DNA from: a virus
Lineage: Duplodnaviria; Caudoviricetes
DNA: 55,105 bases
Strand: one strand, 5' to 3'
Virus record (IMG/VR): IMGVR_UViG_3300036770_004953
Coordinates: 1 to 55,105 of that record
Below are positions 48,077 through 54,971 of the stretch, one piece after another. The position numbers were made by a program, and so were the translations under genes. How positions within the stretch are numbered: the first letter of the stretch is position 1; every line of letters starts with the position of its first letter. Under the pieces are notes generated by a model that was given only the letters and a program-made list of their open reading frames with translations, was not told the origin of the DNA and made no database searches.

Positions 48077-49423
48077 ATGCTTCAAATCTCTGAAAAGGCC
48101 AATGTCAACTACTTGGCAAAAGTCGTAAAACTTGCCAATCTCCGTAAGCACACCAATGCCGATCGGTTGCAAGTCGCTACTATTGATGGTAATAATGTTA
48201 TTACCAGTCTTGATGCTCAAGAGGGTATGCTTTATGTGTACTTCCCTCTTGAGTCTGCTATCAATAAGGAATACTTGTCTTATAGCAATGCCTTCGCTTC
48301 GAAAGAGCTGAACTCTAATCCTGAGGTAAAGGGTTATTTCCCCAATACCGGACGTGTGCGAGCAGCTCGCCTTCGGGGAGAACGATCTGAAGGATACATT
48401 GTTCCTGTCACCGACATTAGCCGTTGGCTGAAGGATGCTTATGGTAAAGAAATGACCTTTACCGAAGAACACGCCAATACCGAGTTTGATCTGGTCTGTG
48501 ACATTAAACTGTGTGAAAAGTACGTTAACCGTGAGCAGCTAATTCGTGAACGTAAGGAAAACAAAAACACCAAGAAGAAGGCCAAAGTATCTCGACTTGT
48601 GGATGATCAATTCCATTTCCACATTGATACACCTCAACTCAAGAAGTTTATTCACGAGGTTAATCCCGATGATTACATCCACATCAGCCGTAAATTGCAC
48701 GGCACTTCTGCAATCATCAGCCGGGTTCTTTGTGTCAAACCTTTGACTTGGTATGAGAAGCTTCTTAAGCGCCTCAAACTTAACATTGTTGATACTCATT
48801 ATGATCTGGTCTACAGCAGCCGTAAGGTTGTTAAGAACGGTTACCTTAATGAGGAAGAAGCTAACCACAACCATTACTACAGCAGCGATGTTTGGGGTGA
48901 TTGTGCCAAGAAGTATGAGCACTGCCTAAAAGATGGTATTTCCCTTTATGGTGAAATTGTAGGCTTTACCACTGATGGTTCTGCCATCCAAAAAGGATAC
49001 GATTATGGTTGTGCTCCTAATACGTTTGACTTCTATGTCTACCGAGTAACTTATACCTCTCCTTCCGGGGATGTTTATGAGTTCACCCCACGGCAGATGG
49101 AGGCTTATTGTGCCAAGTATGGTATTAAGACCGTTCCTCTAATCTATTATGGTAAGGCCCGCGATTTTTATGACATTTCTGTTAATGATCATTGGCACGA
49201 GACTTTCCTTCAAAAACTTTGCGATGATTATCTAGAATTAGACTGCACTCTTTGCTCTAATTCTGTTCCAGATGAAGGTATCTGCCTGAGGGTAGATAAG
49301 CCTCTCGACATTCAAGTCTACAAACTCAAGAGCTTCCGATTCTTTGAGCGAGAGACTAAACTTCTAGATGAAGGAGTTGTTGACTTGGAAACTTTTGAGG
49401 CAGAGTCCCAAGAAGATTCTTAA
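48077..49423 (+). CDS. ATP-dependent RNA ligase (Rnl2/DRB0094-like) with N-terminal OB-like domain
   Basis: H.NADRL N-terminal motif; motif I KLHGTS, III GEIVG, IIIa FYVY, IV DEGICLR, V KLKS. Confidence 0.85.
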   Translation: MLQISEKANVNYLAKVVKLANLRKHTNADRLQVATIDGNNVITSLDAQEGMLYVYFPLESAINKEYLSYSNAFASKELNSNPEVKGYFPNTGRVRAARLRGERSEGYIVPVTDISRWLKDAYGKEMTFTEEHANTEFDLVCDIKLCEKYVNREQLIRERKENKNTKKKAKVSRLVDDQFHFHIDTPQLKKFIHEVNPDDYIHISRKLHGTSAIISRVLCVKPLTWYEKLLKRLKLNIVDTHYDLVYSSRKVVKNGYLNEEEANHNHYYSSDVWGDCAKKYEHCLKDGISLYGEIVGFTTDGSAIQKGYDYGCAPNTFDFYVYRVTYTSPSGDVYEFTPRQMEAYCAKYGIKTVPLIYYGKARDFYDISVNDHWHETFLQKLCDDYLELDCTLCSNSVPDEGICLRVDKPLDIQVYKLKSFRFFERETKLLDEGVVDLETFEAESQEDS

Positions 49424-49436
49424 GTCTAAATAAACC

Positions 49437-49488
49437 AGAGTCGATAGACGACTCTAAACCAAATTAAATTCTAATGGAGATTTAGAAT
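49437..49488 (+). promoter_or_regulatory. two-hairpin leader motif, copy 1
   Basis: agagtcg-ATAGA-cgactct, then attctaa-tGGAGat-ttagaat covering SD and start codon. Confidence 0.6.
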
Positions 49489-50500
49489 GACCAAACAATT
49501 CGATGCGATGGTTTTTATTGGACGTTTCCAGCCATTGCATAATGCCCACGTCTTTACAATCAATCGAGCCCTAGAGCTAGCCGAAAAAGTTATCGTTGTT
49601 ATCGGCTCTTGCGATAGGCCAAGAAATCTTAAAAATCCTTTCACAAAAGAAGAAAGGACGTATTTTATTAAGTCTCTCTTTCCTGACGATAATGTTATCG
49701 TTGATGGGACTTATGACTCAATGTATAACAATGATGCCTGGGCACTGAGGGTCCAGAATGTTGTTCATCAATACACATCCCCGACCGATAAGATTGGTAT
49801 TATTGGTCATAAGAAGGATGCCACGACTGAGGACTATCTAAAAATGTTCCCGCAATGGGGTGATCCTATTGAGGTCCCATTTAACCAGGACATTTCTGCG
49901 ACTCAAATCAGGGATCTTTATTTCAATGGTGCGGATCTACATTTTTTTGAAGGTGTTATGCACCCACAAATCATTCGGTTTCTATCCGCATTTCGAGAAG
50001 AAAATGTGGGTTATGGATACCTGATCCAGGAAAAAGAGTTCATTGAGAAGTATAAGAGACAGTTTTCTGGTTATCCTTATTTGCCTTATTTTATCACTAC
50101 GGATGTGGTCTGCACTCAATCAGCCCACGTCCTTATGGTAGAACGGGGGGCAATGCCAGGAAAAGGTCAACTTGCCTTGCCAGGAGGATTTCTTGGACAA
50201 CAAGAATTTCTTATTGATAGTGCTCTTAGGGAATTGAAAGAGGAAACAAAAATTGATGTTCCTTTAAAGGTCCTTAGGGGCAGTATTCAAGGATCACACG
50301 TCTTTGATCATCCCAATCGCTCATTCAGGGGCCGTACTGTTACCCATACCTTTGCAATCAACCTACCCCCAGGTCCATTACCCTCAGTAAAAGGTGGGGA
50401 TGATGCCCGATCTGCTCAATGGATTCCCTACTCTGAACTAGATCCAACGATGATTTATGAGGATCACTGGGAGCAGATTATGTTTATGCGTTCACTTTAA
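49487..50500 (+). CDS. nadM: bifunctional NMN adenylyltransferase / Nudix hydrolase (NadM-Nudix, NatV-like)
   Basis: GRFQPLHNAH, KNPFT..ER, ISATQIR; Nudix box PGGF...E....SALRELKEET; GDDA. Confidence 0.92.
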   Translation: MTKQFDAMVFIGRFQPLHNAHVFTINRALELAEKVIVVIGSCDRPRNLKNPFTKEERTYFIKSLFPDDNVIVDGTYDSMYNNDAWALRVQNVVHQYTSPTDKIGIIGHKKDATTEDYLKMFPQWGDPIEVPFNQDISATQIRDLYFNGADLHFFEGVMHPQIIRFLSAFREENVGYGYLIQEKEFIEKYKRQFSGYPYLPYFITTDVVCTQSAHVLMVERGAMPGKGQLALPGGFLGQQEFLIDSALRELKEETKIDVPLKVLRGSIQGSHVFDHPNRSFRGRTVTHTFAINLPPGPLPSVKGGDDARSAQWIPYSELDPTMIYEDHWEQIMFMRSL

Positions 50501-50502
50501 AT

Positions 50503-50548
50503 TTGTTGGATAGACCAACAACACTACTATTCTAAAGGAGCTTTAGAA
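50503..50548 (+). promoter_or_regulatory. two-hairpin leader motif, copy 2
   Basis: ttgttgg-ATAGA-ccaacaa, then ttctaaag-GAG-ctttagaa covering the SD. Confidence 0.6.
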
Positions 50549-50550
50549 CA

Positions 50551-51969
50551 ATGAATCACACTAGCTTTACCGAAAACGAATTCGAAATTCTCGAAAAGTC
50601 CATCCTTATTGATACGGATGGTTATAAGTTTTCCCATCTATTTATGTTGATCCCTGGCACCACTAATGAAAGTGCCTACATCGCACCAAGAGGTGGCGAT
50701 TGGGAACAAATTGTCCACTTTGGCCCGCAGATGTTCTTTAAGAAGTATCTGTCTAGGCCCATCACAAAAGAAGAAGTTGAAGTGGCAACTAAGTTTGCCT
50801 TAATGCAAGGAACCAGCTTTAATAGTGAGGGTTATCAATACATTGTTGATAAACATCAAGGAAAGCTGCCAATCAGGATTAAGTCTCTTCCTGAAGGGAC
50901 GGTTGTTAATCCTAAGACAATTGTTGGTACCATTGAGGTAACGGATCCCACCTGTTCTTGGCTTGTAAGTCCACTTGAATCTCCTTTGCTTAGGGCTTTC
51001 TGGTATCCATCGACCGTGGCAACCAGGGCCTTTAATGCAAAAAGGATTATTAAAAATTACTTGAACAAAACTGGAACCCCTGAAATATTGGATTATAAGG
51101 TTGCTGACTTTGGCCTGAGAGGTGTAAGCAGTAAAGAATCTGCTGGAATCGGTGGGGCTGCTCACTTGACATCCTTCAAAATCAGTGATAATAACACAGG
51201 TGCTCTTTGGGCAATGCGTTATTACAATGAAGATGTAACACAAACTACAATTGATGCAACTCAGCACTCGATTTCTTGCCAATGGAAGCAAGATGATGAA
51301 GAGGATTATGTTCGTCACATCTTACGAGTTTGCGGTAAAAAGGGTGCATTATTCGCCATTGTTGCCGACACTTATGATGTTTACGAGTTCTGCCATAAGG
51401 TAGGTTCGCTGCGAGAAGAAATCGAGGCAACAGAATCCACCTTGATTCTAAGACCGGATAGTGGCTTTCCGCCTGAAGTTGCACTGGGTTGTATTACAAT
51501 CCTTGATAGTTATTTTGGAACAACTATCAATGAGAAGGGCTATCACGTCTTGAATACCGTTCGATTAATTTATGGTGATAGTATTGATTGTTCGATGATT
51601 GATCGGGTGCTTTATAAGCTCTCTGTCAACGGCTATTCTGCCGATAACATCACCTTTGGTTGGGGCCATAAGCTCCTTCAAGAAGCCGCCAGAGACGACC
51701 ACCAGTACGCCCAGAAGACTTCTGCAATGGAGCGAAACGGGCAATGGATCGGTCAACGTAAAAAGCCCGCCACAGCAGCCGGCAAAAGCTCTTTAGAGGG
51801 CCGTTATTCGGTCGTACAGAAAGAGGATGGTCGGTTCCTTAATGTCCGTAATGATAACGATGAATATCTACCAAATGACATTCTGCTTCCTCATTTTGAG
51901 AATGGAGAACTTTTGATTGATTATAATCTGTCGGAAATTCGTGAAACGATTAATTCTTATCTGAATTAA
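50551..51969 (+). CDS. nadV: nicotinamide phosphoribosyltransferase (NadV/Nampt)
   Basis: DTDGYKFSH, WYPSTVAT, DFGLRG, GGAAHL, HS, DTYD, RPDSG, K.S..GR. Confidence 0.9.
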   Translation: MNHTSFTENEFEILEKSILIDTDGYKFSHLFMLIPGTTNESAYIAPRGGDWEQIVHFGPQMFFKKYLSRPITKEEVEVATKFALMQGTSFNSEGYQYIVDKHQGKLPIRIKSLPEGTVVNPKTIVGTIEVTDPTCSWLVSPLESPLLRAFWYPSTVATRAFNAKRIIKNYLNKTGTPEILDYKVADFGLRGVSSKESAGIGGAAHLTSFKISDNNTGALWAMRYYNEDVTQTTIDATQHSISCQWKQDDEEDYVRHILRVCGKKGALFAIVADTYDVYEFCHKVGSLREEIEATESTLILRPDSGFPPEVALGCITILDSYFGTTINEKGYHVLNTVRLIYGDSIDCSMIDRVLYKLSVNGYSADNITFGWGHKLLQEAARDDHQYAQKTSAMERNGQWIGQRKKPATAAGKSSLEGRYSVVQKEDGRFLNVRNDNDEYLPNDILLPHFENGELLIDYNLSEIRETINSYLN

Positions 51970-51980
51970 TCGCCCGCACC

Positions 51981-52040
51981 TTGGGCCAGAACTCAAACTG
52001 TCACACCAAGATCGAGTTCTGGCCCAATCTGTGTTATTCT
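51981..52040 (+). promoter_or_regulatory. palindrome plus extended -10 promoter, copy D, overlapped by perfect 14-bp inverted repeat
   Basis: ttgggccagaactc (51981-94) / gagttctggcccaa (52014-27); aactgtcac; TGTGT-TATTCT at 31-nt offset. Confidence 0.65.
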
Positions 52041-52062
52041 TATCTCAGTTACAAAACATTTT

Positions 52063-52296
52063 ATGTACGACACTAAGTTTTGCATTGATTGTAAATTTTA
52101 TAGGGAGCAAATTTATAGGTCTGTTTGCATTCATAATAATTCTTTACCGGAAACCGATTATGTTACTGGGAGGACTCATTATGTGGGGGCTACTTATTCT
52201 CGACTTACTTCCTCTTTGTGTGGTCCTGATGCAAAATGGTTTGAGCCAAGACCAACTTTTTGGCAATGGTTAAAATCTCTCTTTACAAGCAATTAA
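52063..52296 (+). CDS. hypothetical protein with Cys motif
   Basis: FCIDCKFY...C...D.VTG...R.....CGP.AKWFE. Confidence 0.7.
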   Translation: MYDTKFCIDCKFYREQIYRSVCIHNNSLPETDYVTGRTHYVGATYSRLTSSLCGPDAKWFEPRPTFWQWLKSLFTSN

Positions 52297-52310
52297 ATTT
52301 TTTTCTAATT

Positions 52311-52739
52311 ATGATCAACACCTTTACCACAGCCCAAGAAGTTATTGCCGTTTACGGTGAGCCAAGAATTGCACAACGACATACAACTGTCGGCATTCGT
52401 CAACCAAATGGCACCGAAACGTTTAAGCATAAGAATGGGGAACTTACAGCTGTTCCTGAAATTGATTATGTTGTAGTTCCAACAGACGGCTCGTTGGAGT
52501 ACCCCTGCAAAATTGACTTATTCCATAAGGCCTGGGTTGAAACAGAGCCCGGTTCAGGTGTTTATCAACGCAAGCCATCACGAGTAATCCAAGTTCCTGA
52601 GGGCGACCTGGCGATCATTAATTCACGAGAGGGTGAATCACGGGTTGCGTATCCCGATTTCATTGCCCTTGGACTTGATGATGAGGTTTATTGTCATTCC
52701 AAAGAATGGGTTGATAAGAATTTGAACTTTGTCAACTGA
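52311..52739 (+). CDS. hypothetical protein, PGDYG-like
   Basis: G.L.A..E.DYVV....G..YPCK..LF and S.EG......DFIA.G...E.Y duplicated pattern. Confidence 0.55.
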   Translation: MINTFTTAQEVIAVYGEPRIAQRHTTVGIRQPNGTETFKHKNGELTAVPEIDYVVVPTDGSLEYPCKIDLFHKAWVETEPGSGVYQRKPSRVIQVPEGDLAIINSREGESRVAYPDFIALGLDDEVYCHSKEWVDKNLNFVN

Positions 52740-52742
52740 ACA

Positions 52743-52798
52743 ACCAGTTCTTGAACCGGCACACAGAACCACCCAAAGCCCCCAATCTGTGTTATTAT
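52743..52798 (+). promoter_or_regulatory. palindrome plus extended -10 promoter, copy E
   Basis: accagtt-cttg-aaccggcac ... TGTGT-TATTAT at 31-nt offset; predicted start about 52805. Confidence 0.7.
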
Positions 52799-52807
52799 GG
52801 TTCCATA

Positions 52808-52867
52808 AAGATGAGACAGCAACCCCCTCTGCCTTACACGATTAATGTAACCCGCAAAACTCATCTT
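52808..52867 (+). ncRNA. WAG-N6-CHGCAA hairpin element 1
   Basis: aagatgag / ctcatctt stem; CAGCAA at 52817; inner ttaca-cgattaa-tgtaa stem-loop. Confidence 0.7.
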
Positions 52868-52874
52868 GTCAATT

Positions 52875-52909
52875 AAGTTGACACCGCAAACCCTATTTCT
52901 ACTCAACTT
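52875..52909 (+). ncRNA. WAG-N6-CHGCAA hairpin element 2 (abuts start codon)
   Basis: aagttga / tcaactt stem; CCGCAA at 52884. Confidence 0.6.
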
Positions 52910-52917
52910 GTAAAATT

Positions 52918-54387
52918 ATGACTTTCCTAACCGCTCTTGAATCTGAACTAAACGTAACGACGACTGCCAATGGTGCCAAGGCCTATTCATCTACACTAAA
53001 TTGTTGCCTTGATCTTTTCGGCACAATTGCTGCCTCCCGTGATAACATTGATAATGTCCGTAGAATCTTTGCCAGGGCTTATCAAACAAATCCTGAGGTT
53101 GCCCTATTGATTCTTTTCTGGGCCAGGGACATTCGTGGCGGTCAAGGTGAGCGAAAAGTTTTTCGTGAGCTATTTAAATATCTCGCCACCCAAGACGAAG
53201 CTGCTGTAAGGAAAGTTATTAATCTTGTGCCTTATTATGGTCGTTGGGATGATCTTCTTGTTCTAGAAGAAACCAATCTTTGGCCTGAAGTGCTTAAAAT
53301 GATTGAAAAGCAATTGTTTTTCGATCTTAATTCACAAGATGACCACGATTCTGTTTCCCTTCTTGCGAAGTGGCTACCTTCGATTAATGCCTCTAGCCAA
53401 AATAGCAAGCGTCTTGGTCGCAAGATTGCTGCCCATCTTGGCTGGTCAGAGCGCATTTATCGGAAAAAGCTGCAGTTTCTGCGCACTAAAATTCGCATTG
53501 TTGAGCAGAAAATGTGCGCAAAACAGTGGTCTGAAATTGAGTATTCACATTTGCCTTCTCGTGCTGCCTTTATGTATCGAAAGGCCTTCAATAAGCGCGA
53601 TGAAATGCGCTACAAACAGTACCTTGAGTCTGTAGAAAAGGGCGAGGCAAAGATCAATGCTGGAACTCTATACCCTTATGACATTGTAGATCAGTATCTT
53701 AACAAGGGTGCTCGTGATGATAAAACTATTGATCTGCAATGGGAGGCTCTTCCTAACTTTATGGAAGGTAATGAGTTCAATGGTCTTGTTGTTGCTGATG
53801 TTTCCGGTTCGATGAGTGGATTGCCTATGGCGGTTTCTATTTCTCTTGCCATGTACATTTCCGAGCGCAACTCTTCTCCTGTTTGGAAGAATAAGTTTAT
53901 TACCTTTAGTATGAAACCGAGCATTCAGTCTGTTGTTGGAAAAACTATTGGTGATAAAATCAATAACTTGCGCCGCGCAGAATGGGGGTATAACACTAAT
54001 CTTGTTGCAGTCTTCAATACGATTCTTTCCGCTGCGAAAGAGCATAAAGTTGCCCCAAGTGAAATGCCCCAGAAATTGATTATTGTTTCTGACATGCAAT
54101 TTGATGAGGCCTGTGCATCGAATAGTAAGACTAATTTTGAGCACATCACCTCTCTTTATCGAGATGCAGGTTATGAACTTCCTCAACTTATTTTCTGGAA
54201 TGTCCGTGGTAATTCCAATGTTCCAATTAAGGCTGATGACACTGGAACTGCTCTTGTTTCTGGTTGTAGTCCTTCTATCCTTAAGACAATTCTGTCTGGG
54301 AATCAGGTTACTCCCGTTGACACAATGATGGAAACGCTTTATGTAGAGCGTTATCAACCCATCGTTGATGCTCTTAAATCTAATTGA
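52918..54387 (+). CDS. DUF2828-like protein with C-terminal vWA domain (possibly TROVE/Ro60-like)
   Basis: T.NGA.AY.ST...CLDLF, ARDIRGGQGER, YGRWDDL, AKWLPS, L.PY, vWA MIDAS DVSGSM, W..NTN...VF..IL, SDMQFD, FWN, VSG.SP. Confidence 0.85.
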   Translation: MTFLTALESELNVTTTANGAKAYSSTLNCCLDLFGTIAASRDNIDNVRRIFARAYQTNPEVALLILFWARDIRGGQGERKVFRELFKYLATQDEAAVRKVINLVPYYGRWDDLLVLEETNLWPEVLKMIEKQLFFDLNSQDDHDSVSLLAKWLPSINASSQNSKRLGRKIAAHLGWSERIYRKKLQFLRTKIRIVEQKMCAKQWSEIEYSHLPSRAAFMYRKAFNKRDEMRYKQYLESVEKGEAKINAGTLYPYDIVDQYLNKGARDDKTIDLQWEALPNFMEGNEFNGLVVADVSGSMSGLPMAVSISLAMYISERNSSPVWKNKFITFSMKPSIQSVVGKTIGDKINNLRRAEWGYNTNLVAVFNTILSAAKEHKVAPSEMPQKLIIVSDMQFDEACASNSKTNFEHITSLYRDAGYELPQLIFWNVRGNSNVPIKADDTGTALVSGCSPSILKTILSGNQVTPVDTMMETLYVERYQPIVDALKSN

Positions 54388-54397
54388 ATAATTTCTT

Positions 54398-54445
54398 TAG
54401 GTGTTTCTGCAATTCTACCCTCGCTTATGGAAAAAAAGACACCTA
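54398..54445 (+). ncRNA. WAG-N6-CHGCAA hairpin element 3
   Basis: taggtgt(tt) / (ag)acaccta stem; CTGCAA at 54407. Confidence 0.7.
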
Positions 54446-54450
54446 GTTAT

Positions 54451-54502
54451 AAGATGAGTCTGCAATTTTTAAACTACATTTAAGAGTTAAAAAACTCATC
54501 TT
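54451..54502 (+). ncRNA. WAG-N6-CHGCAA hairpin element 4
   Basis: aagatgagt / actcatctt stem; CTGCAA at 54460; inner aact/agtt stem. Confidence 0.7.
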
Positions 54503-54508
54503 GAAAAT

Positions 54509-54620
54509 GGAGATGTAGCTCAGCTGGTAGAGCAACGTAATGTAAATCTTGTCAAAGATTTCTCTGCAATCCTAATGCATGTCAAGCCGTTGGTCCTAGG
54601 TTCAAGTCCTAGCATCTCCG
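54509..54620 (+). tRNA. tRNA-Asp(GUC)-like gene with 39-nt insertion in anticodon stem
   Basis: acceptor GGAGATG/CATCTCC + G73; D arm GCTC-AGCTGGTA-GAGC; T arm CTAGG-TTCAAGT-CCTAG; removing 54538-54576 gives ACGGC-ATGTCAA-GCCGT and a 73-nt cloverleaf; no encoded CCA. Confidence 0.8.
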
Positions 54621-54621
54621 T

Positions 54622-54671
54622 TAGATGGTTCAGCAATTCTCACGTTTTTTGGGAAAACACAAGACCATCTA
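54622..54671 (+). ncRNA. WAG-N6-CHGCAA hairpin element 5
   Basis: tagatggt / accatcta stem; CAGCAA at 54631; inner gttt-TTTGGGA-aaac. Confidence 0.7.
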
Positions 54672-54707
54672 GCCTCATAAATAATCCAACCCAATTTGGA
54701 TTATTTT

Positions 54708-54953
54708 ATGGAAACAATTAGAATCCTTTGTAAGTGTTGCAATCGTGAAGTTGTGAAATCTGGTTCTTGTGGTTGCCCTAACCTGGCAACAATTCGGGAC
54801 GATAAGATTTCTGCAGTTGATATGAGCCAGGTAGTTCTACTTTCCGCTCAACAACAAAGGTCTTATAACAGCTTCTTTACCCCATCAGAACTTGCAGATC
54901 AAGAGGCAAGACGTAAAAGAGGGGTTCGCAAACTTGAGTTTGAAGTGCGCTAA
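54708..54953 (+). CDS. hypothetical protein with Zn-ribbon-like Cys motif
   Basis: CKCC...SCGCPN...SAVD.S.V...RKRGVRKLEFEVR; ATAAATA upstream. Confidence 0.7.
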   Translation: METIRILCKCCNREVVKSGSCGCPNLATIRDDKISAVDMSQVVLLSAQQQRSYNSFFTPSELADQEARRKRGVRKLEFEVR

Positions 54954-54971
54954 ATAGTTCTTTTCTAAAGA

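Noticed and set aside
53668-54357. 229-aa minus-strand ORF, and similar shadow ORFs such as 50800-51318, 42434-42928 and 48068-48472
   Set aside because: Antisense to well-supported genes, with no recognisable motifs or own expression signals.
54398-54502. Hairpins 3 and 4 as simple intrinsic terminators of the DUF2828 gene
   Set aside because: Loops are large, no U-tract follows the stems, and the same motif occurs upstream of the gene and inside the tRNA.
54538-54576. tRNA insert as a group I/II or canonical-position intron
   Set aside because: Only 39 nt, located at 29/30 rather than in the loop, and no catalytic core; I could not build a convincing bulge-helix-bulge by eye.
54398-54671. 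Hairpin array as a CRISPR array
   Set aside because: No identical direct repeats with regular spacers; only structure and a short motif are conserved, and no cas genes are present.
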